The notes: generated from the letters alone by a model not told the origin. 64,000 nucleotides of DNA from an uncultured Clostridia bacterium (GCA_947649935.1 CANSTR010000005.1:2591-66590), one strand, 5' to 3'; counted from the first letter of the stretch, positions 1-11,014 are shown. Made by a program: numbers and translations.

Positions 1-2
1 TA

Positions 3-554
3 GGCTACAATACAGATTGCGATGGTTTCTTATGTGCCCTTGAAAATGCTGGGATTTTACTTGGTGGAAAAGTTTTGATTTGTGGCAGTGGAGGTGTTTC
101 CAGAATGTTTGCTTTTGAAAGCATTTTGGAAGGAGCGCAGGTGACGCTTGCGGTGAGAGAATCCAGCCTGCAAGCTGCTAAACAAATCCAAGAAGAAATT
201 CGACAGAAACTTGCAAAAGATTGTGAAATTATTTTTTTAACAGAAGCCAAAGGTGGCTATGACTTGATTATCAATGGAACGCCAGTTGGCATGTATCCCA
301 ATGTCAATGCATGCCCTTTAGCAGAATCTGTGATCAAATCATCCAAAGCAGTATTTGATGCGATTTATAATCCGCTAGAAACGCAGTTTACGCGTTATGC
401 GCGTGAAGGCGGATTGCAATATTGCAATGGACTTTCTATGCTGGTTTGGCAAGCTGCCATGGCGGAAGAAATATGGAATCACGTCAAATTTTCAAAAGAA
501 GATGTTGAAACAGTGATGGAAATTACACGAAAGGAGCTTGCGAAAAATGGATAA
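3..554 (+). CDS. aroE: Shikimate dehydrogenase (5' end outside window)
   Basis: Frame open from window edge (GYNTDCDGF...). Motifs GSGGVSR (Rossmann), NGTPVGM, DAIYNPLET, SMLVWQA. Heads a colinear aro operon. Confidence 0.85.
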   Translation, partial: GYNTDCDGFLCALENAGILLGGKVLICGSGGVSRMFAFESILEGAQVTLAVRESSLQAAKQIQEEIRQKLAKDCEIIFLTEAKGGYDLIINGTPVGMYPNVNACPLAESVIKSSKAVFDAIYNPLETQFTRYAREGGLQYCNGLSMLVWQAAMAEEIWNHVKFSKEDVETVMEITRKELAKNG

Positions 555-1053
555 TATTGTGTTATGTGGATTTATGGGGGCGGGGAAAACTGTTGTTGGA
601 AAAGAATTAGCGGAGTTGCTCCATTACCATTTTATCGATATGGATGAATGGATTGAGCAAGAACAAGGCATGACAATCAACGAAATATTTCAGACTTATG
701 GGGAAGCCTATTTCAGAGATTTGGAGCATCAAATGTGCCAGAAAATTGCGCATTTACAAGGTTATATTGTGTCAACTGGTGGCGGGACAATGACGTATCA
801 GCGCAATGTAGAAGCAATCAAAAAGGGCAGTAGAGTATTTTTTTTGGATGCTTCCTATGCCGTTATTTGTGAAAGACTTGAAAATGATGATACCAGACCC
901 TTATTTCAGGATAAAACCAAAGCCAAAAAGTTGTATGAAGAGAGAAAAGTAAAATATTTGGAGGCTGCGGATTGTGTAATCAATGGCGATTTGTCAGTCA
1001 CACAAACCGCTTTAGAGATTGTAGATAACTTACAAAAAGGAGGGGGAAAATGA
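547..1053 (+). CDS. aroK: Shikimate kinase
   Basis: Walker A GFMGAGKT just after ATG 547. AAGGAG at 531-536. The track ORF starts at upstream TTG 538. STGGG motif present. Confidence 0.9.
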   Translation: MDNIVLCGFMGAGKTVVGKELAELLHYHFIDMDEWIEQEQGMTINEIFQTYGEAYFRDLEHQMCQKIAHLQGYIVSTGGGTMTYQRNVEAIKKGSRVFFLDASYAVICERLENDDTRPLFQDKTKAKKLYEERKVKYLEAADCVINGDLSVTQTALEIVDNLQKGGGK

Positions 1054-2105
1054 AAAAGTTAAGAGTCGAAGTTGGCAAAGGATATGATATATTCATCCAA
1101 AAAGGCATCTTGAACGATTGCGGTCGTTATATAAAAACAGTTAGTCAAGCCAAAAAAGTATGTGTGGTGAGTGATACCAATGTCTATCCCATTTATCAAA
1201 ACAGTGTCAAAAAATCATTGCAGGAAAATGGATTTGAGGTGGTTTCGTATGTTTTCAAAGCAGGAGAAGCCTCCAAAACGATTGCCACTGTCATGGAAAT
1301 GGTTGAATGCATGGCGCAAAATGATTTCACAAGAGAGGATTTGGTAGTTGCGCTTGGTGGCGGTGTTTGTGGCGACATGGCAGGTTTTGCAGCTGCGATT
1401 TACCTAAGAGGAATTGAATTTGTGCAAATTCCGACTTCTTTATTGGCACAAGTCGATTCGTCGGTAGGCGGAAAAACGGCAGTGGATTTGCCGCAAGGCA
1501 AAAATCTTTGTGGCGCATTTCACCAGCCATGCCTTGTTTTAATTGACCCCAATACACTTCAAACGTTAACACCAAAATATTTTTCAGATGGCATGGCAGA
1601 AGCTATCAAAATGGGATGTATCAAAAGCAAGAGGCTTTTTGAAAAAATTGAACAACAAAATGCAAACGAAATCATCGAAGAGATTATTTTTGAATGTGTG
1701 AGTTTGAAGGCAGAGGTTGTGCAGCAAGATGAAAAAGAGCGTGGCGAAAGAGCGTTGCTAAACTTCGGGCACACCGCAGGTCATGCTATAGAAAAACTGC
1801 ATGGTTTTACAAACATATCGCATGGCGAAGCAGTCGGAATTGGTATGGTGCTGATTGCAAAGGCAGGCGAAAAAAATGGCATCACTGAAAAAGGAACCGC
1901 CAACCGAATTGCGAATGTGCTACAAAAATATCATTTAAAAACAGAAGACACGCATTCGTTAACCGAAATTATCACGGCGATGAATGCGGATAAAAAGCGC
2001 ACTGCAAATGCCATTCGATTGATTTTACTGCATGAAATTGGAGATAGTTTGATACAGCCAATTCATAAGGAAGAAATTCTAAATTTTTTCAAAGAGGAGG
2101 ATTAA
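1050..2105 (+). CDS. aroB: 3-dehydroquinate synthase
   Basis: 351 aa. Motifs GGGVCGDMAGFAAA, QVDSSVGGKTAVD, NFGHTAGHAIE. ATGA overlap with aroK stop. Confidence 0.92.
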   Translation: MKKLRVEVGKGYDIFIQKGILNDCGRYIKTVSQAKKVCVVSDTNVYPIYQNSVKKSLQENGFEVVSYVFKAGEASKTIATVMEMVECMAQNDFTREDLVVALGGGVCGDMAGFAAAIYLRGIEFVQIPTSLLAQVDSSVGGKTAVDLPQGKNLCGAFHQPCLVLIDPNTLQTLTPKYFSDGMAEAIKMGCIKSKRLFEKIEQQNANEIIEEIIFECVSLKAEVVQQDEKERGERALLNFGHTAGHAIEKLHGFTNISHGEAVGIGMVLIAKAGEKNGITEKGTANRIANVLQKYHLKTEDTHSLTEIITAMNADKKRTANAIRLILLHEIGDSLIQPIHKEEILNFFKEED

Positions 2106-2108
2106 AGT

Positions 2109-3317
2109 ATGCGTATCGTAAAACTGAAAAATTCGTTTTTAACTGGGGAGGTTACGATTCCACCTTCCAAATCGGTTGCTCACAGAGCGATGATATGTTC
2201 TTTTTTAGCAGGTGGAGGGGAAGTCGCTCCCATCATTGATTCAAAGGATATGCAAGCAATGAAGCAAGTCATTACTTCCATTCAGAAAGGTGAGGATACA
2301 TTAGATTGTATCGAATCAGGTAATACGTCCAAATTTATTATTCCTGTTGTAGCAGCGCTTGGAAGAAAAGTGACGATTACAGGTTCTGGAACCCTTTTAA
2401 AAAGACCGATTGGAGAATACTTAAAAATTTTGCCAGCGCATGGCGTGACCTGTATTTGTGATGGTGGACTTCCACTTTCGATGGAAGGAAAACTAAAAAG
2501 TGGCAAATATGAAGTGGCAGGAAATGTCAGCTCACAATATATCACAGGTTTACTTTTGGCGCTTCCAATTTTAGAGGGAGATAGCGAAATTGTTCTTACA
2601 ACTGAGCTTCAAAGCAAACCATATGTTGATATGACCATCCAAGTGATGGCTGATTATGGCGTTCATGTCGAAGAAACTGCGAAAGGATATTACATAAAAG
2701 GCAATCAAACTTACCAAAAGCGTAATTATACTGTCGAAGGAGATTGGTCACAAGCAGCTTTCTTTTTGGCGGCAGGTGTCATCAATGGGGATATCACATT
2801 AAAAGGACTTAACATTAATGGCGCACAAGGAGACAAAGAAATTGTAAATGTTTTAAAACGTTTTGGTGCAGAGATTGAAATCAGCGAAAATACGATTTGT
2901 GCGAAAAAGTCAAATTTAAAAGGAATTAAAGTCAATGTTTCGAACATGCCAGATACGGTGCCATCTATTGCTGTGGTGGCAGCGTTTGCAGAAGGCACAA
3001 CGTTAATTGAGGGCGCTGAAAGGTTGCGTTATAAAGAATCGAATCGACTTGAAAGCGTTATTTCCAACTTAAAGAAAATGGGAGTTTGCGTTGAAGAAAA
3101 GCCAGATGGAATGCTGATTAAAGGAGGCACGGTTCAAGGGGCCAATTTAAGCGGTTATCAAGACCATAGAATTGTAATGGCGTTTTCGGTTGCTGCTCTT
3201 TGCGCCAATGGAGAAACGTCGATAACCGATGCAGAAAGTGTTGCTAAGACGTATCCACAATTTTTTGAAGATTATCATTTGTTAGGGGGGAAAGCAGATG
3301 TCATCGATTGTATGTGA
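2109..3317 (+). CDS. aroA: 3-phosphoshikimate 1-carboxyvinyltransferase (EPSP synthase)
   Basis: 402 aa. Motifs PPSKSVAHRAM, LLKRPIGEYL, RYKESNRL, YQDHRIVMAF. Confidence 0.93.
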   Translation: MRIVKLKNSFLTGEVTIPPSKSVAHRAMICSFLAGGGEVAPIIDSKDMQAMKQVITSIQKGEDTLDCIESGNTSKFIIPVVAALGRKVTITGSGTLLKRPIGEYLKILPAHGVTCICDGGLPLSMEGKLKSGKYEVAGNVSSQYITGLLLALPILEGDSEIVLTTELQSKPYVDMTIQVMADYGVHVEETAKGYYIKGNQTYQKRNYTVEGDWSQAAFFLAAGVINGDITLKGLNINGAQGDKEIVNVLKRFGAEIEISENTICAKKSNLKGIKVNVSNMPDTVPSIAVVAAFAEGTTLIEGAERLRYKESNRLESVISNLKKMGVCVEEKPDGMLIKGGTVQGANLSGYQDHRIVMAFSVAALCANGETSITDAESVAKTYPQFFEDYHLLGGKADVIDCM

Positions 3318-4371
3318 TAAAATAAAAGTATCGATTTTTGGAGAAAGCCATGGCGAAGGGATTGGCTGTGTGATAGACGGACTTCCAGCAGGCATAAAAT
3401 TAGATATGGACAAAATTTATCAAGATTTGTCTAGGCGTGCGCCAGGCAAAGATAAAACAGCAACAGCCAGGCTAGAGAAGGACATTCCACATATTTTGTC
3501 AGGTGTTTTAAATCAAACCACAACTGGTGCGCCACTTGCGATGATGATAGAAAACACGAACGCACATAGTGGCGATTATGAAAATGTCATGACCGTTCCA
3601 AGACCAAGCCATAGCGACTATCCAGCTTTTGTGAAATATCATGGTTACAATGATAGCAGAGGCGGTGGGCATTTTAGTGGCAGACTTACGGCGCCAGTCG
3701 TTTTTGCAGGCGCGATTGCCAAACAAATCTTGGAGCCAAAAGGCATCCAAATTGGGGCTCATATCAAGCGAATTGGAAATGTTTGTGATGCTTGTTTTGA
3801 TAAAAATCAAATCAGCAAAGAGTTGTTGGAACAACTTTCTAAGAAAACATTTGCTACAATTTCGGAGGAAACCGAAGAAAAAATGAGAGCCGAAATCGAA
3901 ACCTATCGAATGGCGCAAGACAGCGTTGGCGGAGAAATTGAATGTGCTGCAATCGGCATTCCAATTGGGGTTGGCGGAAATATGTTTGATACAGTGGAAG
4001 GAAAATTGGCGGGAATTCTTTTTGGAATTCCTGCGGTAAAAGGTGTTCAGTTCGGCTTGGGATTTGATTTCGCTAGGGCAAATGCTTCCAAAGTTAATGA
4101 CGAATACGAAATAAAAGATGGTAAAGTAGCTTTGCTTTCCAATCATAATGGTGGTATTTTAGGCGGAATGACAACAGGGGCTCCAATTGTTTTATCGGTT
4201 GCCATCAAGCCAACACCGTCGATTGGAAAAGAGCAAAGAAGTGTTAATTTACAAACAATGGAAAATGAAACATTAGCCATTAAGGGGCGCCACGACCCGT
4301 GCATTGTCCCAAGAGCAGTTCCCGTGATTGAAGCTGCTGTAGCGCTTGGAATTTTAGATTTGATGTTATAA
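3298..4371 (+). CDS. aroC: Chorismate synthase
   Basis: 357 aa. Motifs FGESHGEGIG, RPSHSDY, GRHDPCIVPRA. Overlaps aroA 3' end. Confidence 0.93.
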   Translation: MSSIVCDKIKVSIFGESHGEGIGCVIDGLPAGIKLDMDKIYQDLSRRAPGKDKTATARLEKDIPHILSGVLNQTTTGAPLAMMIENTNAHSGDYENVMTVPRPSHSDYPAFVKYHGYNDSRGGGHFSGRLTAPVVFAGAIAKQILEPKGIQIGAHIKRIGNVCDACFDKNQISKELLEQLSKKTFATISEETEEKMRAEIETYRMAQDSVGGEIECAAIGIPIGVGGNMFDTVEGKLAGILFGIPAVKGVQFGLGFDFARANASKVNDEYEIKDGKVALLSNHNGGILGGMTTGAPIVLSVAIKPTPSIGKEQRSVNLQTMENETLAIKGRHDPCIVPRAVPVIEAAVALGILDLML

Positions 4372-4386
4372 AAGGAGGGAAAAACG

Positions 4387-4836
4387 ATGAAAATATTAGT
4401 GTTAAATGGACCGAATTTGAATATGACTGGCATCCGAAAGAAAAATGTTTATGGAGCAGAAACGCTAGAAGATATTAATCGCGAACTAAAAGAATATGCC
4501 AATCAAAAGGGGATAGATGTTGAATTTTATCAATCGAATCACGAGGGAGATATCATTGATGTGATTCATGAAAGCAAGGAAAAACAGGACGGAGTTGTCA
4601 TCAACGCAGGAGCGTATACGCATTATTCGTACGCCATTCGTGATGCGATTGAAGCTGTTTCAGATTTTACAAAATTTGTGGAAGTGCACATGTCTGATAT
4701 TCACCAAAGAGAGGATTTCAGAAAAATATCGGTCATAACGGATGTATGTGAAACACAAATTTGCGGATTGGGCAAAGACAGTTATAAAAGAGGGATTGAT
4801 TTTTTGTATGAAATGTTGAAGAAAAAAGGAGAGTGA
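4387..4836 (+). CDS. aroQ: 3-dehydroquinate dehydratase, type II
   Basis: 149 aa. Motifs LNGPNLN, SNHEGDIID, NAGAYTHYSYAIRDA. Confidence 0.92.
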   Translation: MKILVLNGPNLNMTGIRKKNVYGAETLEDINRELKEYANQKGIDVEFYQSNHEGDIIDVIHESKEKQDGVVINAGAYTHYSYAIRDAIEAVSDFTKFVEVHMSDIHQREDFRKISVITDVCETQICGLGKDSYKRGIDFLYEMLKKKGE

Positions 4837-4840
4837 AAGC

Positions 4841-5314
4841 ATGGAATTAGATGGAATCAGAGAAGAATTGAATCAGTATGATGCCATGATAAAAAATATG
4901 CTTACGTTAAGAATGGCACTCATACCGATTGTGGCTGGCATAAAAATCAAAAATAAAATGCCTTTTTTTCAAGGAAAAAGGGAAGAAGAGATTTACAAAA
5001 ATATCGAAATTTTTGCGGACAAAAATGGGATTGATAGCAATTTGGTGAAACAAATTTATCAATTGGTGATTGCGCATGCGATAAAGTTAGAGGAAAATAT
5101 TGCAGAAGATTCTGCAAAATCAATTTTGAATCATGAGCTAACGATTTCTAATTTTCCAAATTGCATGCAAGAATTTGAGAAATTAGACAGGTTGCTACAA
5201 AAAGAAATACCAGAAATAATAGCGAATATCACAAAAGAATGTGAAGCAAAAAATCTAAATTTGAATCAAATGGCAACTTTGTATTATAAGGATAAAATTA
5301 CGAACAAAACATAA
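4841..5314 (+). CDS. Chorismate mutase (AroQ class) with unassigned C-terminal extension
   Basis: First ~90 aa fit the AroQ-class helical pattern (IREELNQYDAMIKNMLTLRM, REEEIY, VKQIYQLVIAHAIKLE). Last gene of the aro operon. C-terminal ~65 aa not recognised. Confidence 0.6.
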   Translation: MELDGIREELNQYDAMIKNMLTLRMALIPIVAGIKIKNKMPFFQGKREEEIYKNIEIFADKNGIDSNLVKQIYQLVIAHAIKLEENIAEDSAKSILNHELTISNFPNCMQEFEKLDRLLQKEIPEIIANITKECEAKNLNLNQMATLYYKDKITNKT

Positions 5315-5420
5315 AATGTTAATTTCAGTTGACAGATTTTTACCAAATGTAAGGTTCACTTGACAAAATGCAAGCTAAACCTTACATCGTGTTAGCCGAA
5401 AAACAGAAATAGTACACAAA

Positions 5421-5458
5421 AAAATAGTAACTTAGTGGTTGCTATTTTTGCTTTTTTG
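5421..5458 (+). terminator. Rho-independent terminator after aro operon
   Basis: aaaatagtaac / gttgctatttt stem (one G-U), loop ttagtg, followed by tgcttttttg. Confidence 0.6.
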
Positions 5459-5500
5459 TGATACAGTAAAAACAAAATCAAACTAGCGAAGGAGAAATTT

Positions 5501-8500
5501 ATGTCGAATTTTGTACATCTACATGTCCACAGTGAATACAGCTTGCTAGATGGCATGTGTCGCATCAAAGATTTGCCAAAACGCGCCAAAGAACTTGGCA
5601 TGGACGCCATTGCAATTACCGACCATGGCGTGATGTTTGGGGCGGTTAATTTTTATAAAGAGTGCAAGGCACAAGGAATTAAGCCGATTATTGGGTGCGA
5701 GGTTTATGTGGCGTCACATAGCCGTTTGGACAAGCAAGCAGGTGTGGACGACCATTATGCGCATTTAATTCTTCTTGCGAAAAATCAAAAAGGATACGAA
5801 AATTTAGTCAAATTGGTTTCGCTTTCGTTTACAGAAGGTTATTATTATAAACCACGTATTGATACCGAGATTCTGGAGCAATACAGCGAAGGCTTAGTTT
5901 GCATGAGTGCTTGTTTGGCGGGAAGTGTCAATCAAGCGATTTTGAAAGAGGATATGGAAAAAGCTAAGGAAATTGCGCTTTGGCATAAAAAAGTTTTTGG
6001 AGAAGATTATTATTTGGAAATTCAAAATAATGGTTTGCCAGAGCAAGTTATGGCAAATCAGAAATTGATTGAATTGTCACGCGAGTTAGATATTCCGCTT
6101 GTTGCGACGAATGATGCGCATTATTTGAAAAAAGAAGATAGCTACAATCACGAGATTTTGTTGTGTATCCAAACAGGTAAGAAAATGACGGACGAAAACA
6201 GAATGCGTTTTGGCGTGGATGAATTTTACATCAAGTCCCAAGAAGAAATGATGGATTATTTTTCGAATGTGCCAGAGGCGATTGAAAACACGGTCAAAAT
6301 TGCCGAAAAATGCAATTTCGATTTTGAATTTGGCGTGACCAAACTTCCCAATTACAATGTGCCAGAGGAATTTGAAACCCATGAAGCATATTTTAGAAAA
6401 CTTTGCAAAGATGGCATCAAGGAGCGTTATGGTGAAAATCCGTCAAAGGAAATTCAGGAGCGTGTGGAATATGAAATGGGCATTATTTCCAAAATGGGGT
6501 ACGTGGATTATTACTTGATTGTGTGGGATTTTATCCATTATGCGAAAACGGTTGGCATCAGCGTTGGACCTGGACGTGGTTCTGGTGCGGGTTCGATTGT
6601 GGCTTACGCGATTGGCATTACCGATATTGACCCGATTAAATACAATCTGCTTTTTGAGCGATTTTTAAATCCCGAAAGAATTAGCATGCCCGATTTTGAT
6701 GTGGATTTTGATGATAAAAGACGTGGCGAAGTGATTGAATATGTGGCGAGAAAATATGGCGCAGACCACGTTTCGCAAATTATTACATTTGGTACGATGT
6801 CTGCCAGAAGTGTGATTCGCGATGTGGGCAGAGTGTTGGACGTAGCGTACAACGAGGTAGACAAGCTTGCCAAAATGATTCCATTTGAGTTACATATTAC
6901 CATTCAAAAAGCGTTGGAAGAAAATCCAGAATTGAGAGAATTATATGAAAAAGATGACACAGTCAAAAAAATCATTGATATTGCACAAGGCTTGGAAGGC
7001 ATGCCACGAAATGCTTCTACACATGCCTGTGGCGTGGTTATCACGAAAAATCCGGTGGATACGTATGTGCCATTGTATGTGAATGATGGCACGCCAGTGG
7101 CGCAATATACGATGACGTTGCTAGAAGAATTAGGCTTGCTAAAAATGGATTTTTTGGGGCTTAGAACCTTGACTGTGATTGAAGATTGTAAGCAATTGGT
7201 CAAGAAAAATCGTGGGATTGATGTAGAATTTGACGAAGAGATGAATGACCCAAAAGTTTATAAAATTTGGCAAGAAGGCAATACGTATGGGATTTTCCAA
7301 TTTGAAAGTGGCGGAATGACTTCCTTTATGAAGGAGTTGAAGCCGGATTGCTTGGAGGATATTATTGCTGGTGTTTCGCTTTATCGTCCAGGTCCGATGG
7401 ACCAAATTCCGCGTTACATCAAGGGAAAATTGAATCCCGGGCATAATGAATATACGCATCCTGCATTGGAGCCGATTTTGAATGTCACGTATGGCTGTAT
7501 GGTGTATCAGGAGCAAGTTATGCAGATTGTGCGTGATTTGGCGGGCTATTCCACTGGTAGAGCCGATTTGGTGCGCCGTGCCATGGGAAAGAAAAAGCTA
7601 GATGTGATGGCAAAAGAACGAGAAATTTTCATCCACGGGCAAGTGGACGAGAACGGCAATGTAGTGGTTCCAGGTTGCGTGCGTAATGGAATTGATGAGG
7701 TATCAAGCAATAAAATTTTTGACGAAATGGCGGAGTTTGCGAAATATGCTTTTAATAAATCACATGCTGCGGCGTATGCAGTGGTGTCGTACCGAACGGC
7801 TTTTTTGAAAGCTTATTATAAGGAAGAATTGATGGCAGCAACACTCAACAGTTTTTTGGGAAATCTCGACAAAATTCCAGTTTACATCAATGATTGCAAA
7901 AAAATGAACATCGAAATTTTGCCACCGAATATCAATCAAAGTGACACAAAATTTACCGTAACAGATAACAAAATTCGTTTTGGCATGGGAACCGTGAAAA
8001 ACGTTGGCGTGCAAGTGATTAACAGCATTGTGGAGGAGCGCGAGGCAAATGGCGAGTTTGAGGATTTTTCTTCGTTTTGTGAGCGAATTAAGGATAGAGG
8101 CGTGAATAAAAAGTGTGTCGAAAGTTTGATTAAAGCGGGCTGTTTTGACGATTTTGGGCAGACAAGAGCGACACTTTTGGCGTCGTATGAAGGAATTTTG
8201 GATGCGATTAATAATAGCGGCAGAAAAGTGATGGAAAATCAAGTTTCGATGTTTGATTTGATGGGCGAAGAGGAAGAAAAAGAGCTGAAGGCGAGGTCTT
8301 ATGTTTTTGTGCAAAAGCCGGAGTTTGAGGAAAAGGAATTGTTGAGCTTGGAGAAAGAAATGATTGGTGTTTATGTTTCCGGACATCCTTTGGAAAAATA
8401 TCGTGATTTGCTGGAAAAGGCGACGAATATCAACACGTTAAATCTTTTGAAAATCAATCAGGACATGGAGGAGTTTGGTAAAACCGTTGAATATCAGGAT

Positions 8501-8995
8501 AATCAGGCAGTCAAAATTGCGGGTGTGATTACGAAAATCAAAAAGAAGTTTACGAAAAATAATACGATTATGGCTTTTGTGACGATTGAAGATTTGTATG
8601 GCGCAGTGGAACTGATTTTGTTTGACCGTGTGTATCAACTTTCGCAAAATGCGTTAATTGAAGAAAATGTCGTGTTAATTGACGGCAGACTATCGATTCG
8701 AGAAGAGGAAGAGGTCAAAATTGTGGCAAGCAAAATTGGAAATTTAACAGAAGATGCGGCGCAAGAAAAACCAAAATCCATTCAGTGCATTTCCATTGAT
8801 ATTACGGATTTGTCAGAAGATGTCAAAGAGCGACTTCGTGGGGCGATTAAATTTTTTACGGGGGACCGAGCTAATACCCGTTTGGAAATAGTGCAAGATG
8901 CGAAAGCTAAATCCTGTGGTGGAATTTTCATGACCAATCAAATTTTAGAAGCATTTCAAGAAATTGTGGGAGAAAATCATTTGGAATTAAAATGA
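5501..8995 (+). CDS. dnaE: DNA polymerase III subunit alpha
   Basis: 1164 aa. PHP motif HLHVHSEYSLLDG, GPGRGSGAGS, PDFDVDF, C-terminal OB-fold region. GGAG RBS upstream. Confidence 0.95.
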   Translation: MSNFVHLHVHSEYSLLDGMCRIKDLPKRAKELGMDAIAITDHGVMFGAVNFYKECKAQGIKPIIGCEVYVASHSRLDKQAGVDDHYAHLILLAKNQKGYENLVKLVSLSFTEGYYYKPRIDTEILEQYSEGLVCMSACLAGSVNQAILKEDMEKAKEIALWHKKVFGEDYYLEIQNNGLPEQVMANQKLIELSRELDIPLVATNDAHYLKKEDSYNHEILLCIQTGKKMTDENRMRFGVDEFYIKSQEEMMDYFSNVPEAIENTVKIAEKCNFDFEFGVTKLPNYNVPEEFETHEAYFRKLCKDGIKERYGENPSKEIQERVEYEMGIISKMGYVDYYLIVWDFIHYAKTVGISVGPGRGSGAGSIVAYAIGITDIDPIKYNLLFERFLNPERISMPDFDVDFDDKRRGEVIEYVARKYGADHVSQIITFGTMSARSVIRDVGRVLDVAYNEVDKLAKMIPFELHITIQKALEENPELRELYEKDDTVKKIIDIAQGLEGMPRNASTHACGVVITKNPVDTYVPLYVNDGTPVAQYTMTLLEELGLLKMDFLGLRTLTVIEDCKQLVKKNRGIDVEFDEEMNDPKVYKIWQEGNTYGIFQFESGGMTSFMKELKPDCLEDIIAGVSLYRPGPMDQIPRYIKGKLNPGHNEYTHPALEPILNVTYGCMVYQEQVMQIVRDLAGYSTGRADLVRRAMGKKKLDVMAKEREIFIHGQVDENGNVVVPGCVRNGIDEVSSNKIFDEMAEFAKYAFNKSHAAAYAVVSYRTAFLKAYYKEELMAATLNSFLGNLDKIPVYINDCKKMNIEILPPNINQSDTKFTVTDNKIRFGMGTVKNVGVQVINSIVEEREANGEFEDFSSFCERIKDRGVNKKCVESLIKAGCFDDFGQTRATLLASYEGILDAINNSGRKVMENQVSMFDLMGEEEEKELKARSYVFVQKPEFEEKELLSLEKEMIGVYVSGHPLEKYRDLLEKATNINTLNLLKINQDMEEFGKTVEYQDNQAVKIAGVITKIKKKFTKNNTIMAFVTIEDLYGAVELILFDRVYQLSQNALIEENVVLIDGRLSIREEEEVKIVASKIGNLTEDAAQEKPKSIQCISIDITDLSEDVKERLRGAIKFFTGDRANTRLEIVQDAKAKSCGGIFMTNQILEAFQEIVGENHLELK

Positions 8996-9091
8996 GAAAT
9001 TTGAAAAATAGGCTTGATTTTTACGTTAAAAAATAGTAGAATACAAAAAAAGACGTTTTGAGGAAAAATATTTTTTGAAAGGAAAAATTCG

Positions 9092-9583
9092 ATGTTGAAA
9101 GAAGGCGGTTTTGCATATCAATTGCTAGTCTTGATGATAATTATTGTGATTGCCATTGCGGGAGTTTTAATTAATAAAGTAATCGGGAAAGATGGCATGG
9201 TCGATAAAGTGGTTGAGGTTGAAACAGAATTTAGGAAAGAAGATGTTTTGGAAAAATTGAATTATAAAGTGACTCAGAAATTTATCGAACTAAACAATAC
9301 GGCAAAACAGAACAATCAAAAAATTTCGGAATTGTACAATCAAGATGTTGTAATCGAATTTTTGAAACAAAATGAAATCATTGTGGCAAGTCAGGATGAG
9401 GCTGGAAATCCGATTGATGGCGTGTATGAGATTGATGTCAGCAAAGTAAAAGAAGAGGCAGAGGAGGCTTCTAATCTTGGCACATTCAAATTACAAAAAA
9501 GAGAAAATCAATTTTTTGTTGTTTATTATGATGAAAATGGAGAAACACAGGAGATTGGAGAGTTGCAGATACAGCAAACCTGA
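9092..9583 (+). CDS. Hypothetical membrane-anchored protein (pilin-like hydrophobic N-terminus)
   Basis: 163 aa. N-terminus GGFAYQLLVLMIIIVIAIAG followed by an acidic soluble part. No family recognised. Confidence 0.4.
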   Translation: MLKEGGFAYQLLVLMIIIVIAIAGVLINKVIGKDGMVDKVVEVETEFRKEDVLEKLNYKVTQKFIELNNTAKQNNQKISELYNQDVVIEFLKQNEIIVASQDEAGNPIDGVYEIDVSKVKEEAEEASNLGTFKLQKRENQFFVVYYDENGETQEIGELQIQQT

Positions 9584-9606
9584 AAAGTCAAACTTTTCAG
9601 GTTTTT
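9579..9606. terminator. Bidirectional hairpin between convergent genes
   Basis: cctgaaaagt-caa-acttttcagg 10 bp stem followed by ttttt. Lies between the 9092 ORF (+) and the carboxypeptidase (-). Confidence 0.6.
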
Positions 9607-9609
9607 AAG

Positions 9610-10852
9610 TTAATGGGAAAAATAGTTTTTGTAATCTTTGAAAATTTTTCCAAAATAGTAATGCCAACTATTTTGTTTGATTTCATTTTTTAGGAAAACA
9701 TCCATTGAGCACAAAATTTTGTCGTTATAGTACAATGTCATACAACCGATTTTAGAATTTTTTTCTACGTCTTTTGAAAGGCGATTAAGCGTGTAAAATT
9801 TTGTGCTTAAAAGGTGGGCCGTGTTGCTTTTTAAAGGAAACGAAGTGTTTTGAAGTTCGGCAAGTTCAATTTCAGGAAGGGTTAAAGTTTTATGCAAAGT
9901 TACTTGTTGCTGATAAAAATTTTGATAGGCAGCAAAATTCTTTTGCACATAATCTGCCACATCCACATATTCAAAATTGTCAAAAATATAATGAATGATA
10001 TTAATGCTGTCACGCGTTCGCTGATTTTTCGTATCAGCACCTAAAACGACCACAATGATATCCATGCCATTTTGCTTGCAACTTGAAACAAGGCAACGTC
10101 CTGCGTTAAAGGTAAATCCAGTTTTGACGCCATACACGCCAGGAAGATTGCCGAGCAATTCATTTGTGTTGAAAATCGTGCGAGGATTTCCATTAACGCA
10201 AATCGTGGTTGTTTTAGTGGCAACAATTTCCTTAAACTTCTCATTTTTTAGCGCGTAATTTGTTAAAATAGCAAGCTCGTAAGCACTTGTATAGTGGTTT
10301 TGGTCGTCTAAACCATGGGGGGTGACGAAGTGTGTATGTGTCAGATTTAAAGAGTTTGCTTTTTGATTCATCAAGTCGGCAAATGCTTCAATAGAGCCAG
10401 AAATGTGTTCTGCGATGGCAACAGCGCAGTCATTTCCGTGAACGCATCATCAAGCCATAAAGCACGTCGTGCATCGACATTTTGGTGCCAGTCGTAACTT
10501 CCAAACACGAACCACGAACGTTTGCAGCCTCTTTGGAAAATTCGACCGTTTCGCTCAAATCACAATTTTCAAGAACAAGAATGGCTGTCATAATTTTTGT
10601 GGTAGATGCCATGGGAACTTCGGAGTAGGCATCTTTTTCGTAGAGAACGCTCAAACTTTTGCGGTCAATGGCAACAATGTGTTTTGCATTTGTGGTTGGT
10701 TCTTTTGAGATGTCTGCTGAATTTACTGAAGCTTCGATAAAATTATCCCATTCATTTTCTTCTAAAATATCATCAGCAAAGCAAAAAATAGGAAAGGTTA
10801 AAATAAAAAGGATAAAACAAATAAAAATTTTTTGAATAGACATTTTTTTCAC
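9610..10852 (-). CDS. D-alanyl-D-alanine carboxypeptidase (S11, PBP5/DacB-like), interrupted at an in-frame CGG
   Basis: N-part (track ORF 10430-10852) has a signal/TM and SxxK (ASTTK). C-part (9610-10435, track ORF 9610-10374) has GND and KTG (VKTGFT). Skipping the C of CGG (complement of 10436-10438) gives LMMRS-GNDCAVAIAEH and restores the SGN box. Confidence 0.85.
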
Positions 10853-11014
10853 CTGTTAAAGTATATACGAAAAAAATGAAAATATGACTTGAAATATTAG
10901 AAAAAGTGTGTTATAATAATTGACATATTGGGAATAGTTCCCTTCGAAATCTAGAAGGGAAAACTCCTTCTAGATTTTGCAACAATTGTAGAATTTAGAA
11001 GGAGGTATAAAAGT

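Noticed and set aside
3508-4146. Long antisense ORFs in the track. Examples: 3508-4146 (-), 7760-8386 (-), 16200-16682 (-), 24213-24719 (-), 35788-36423 (-), 44335-44922 (-), 48550-49065 (-), 53519-53917 (-).
   Set aside because: Each lies entirely opposite a gene with strong family motifs. Their compositions are low-complexity and biased (F/I/K/N-rich). They have no RBS and no recognisable domains. They are shadow ORFs typical of AT-rich DNA.
5349-5389. atgtaaggtt...aaccttacat 10 bp inverted repeat after the chorismate mutase gene, considered as a regulatory element.
   Set aside because: It is a single copy with a 21 nt loop, immediately upstream of a clearer terminator (5421-5458). There is nothing to distinguish it from an auxiliary 3' hairpin.
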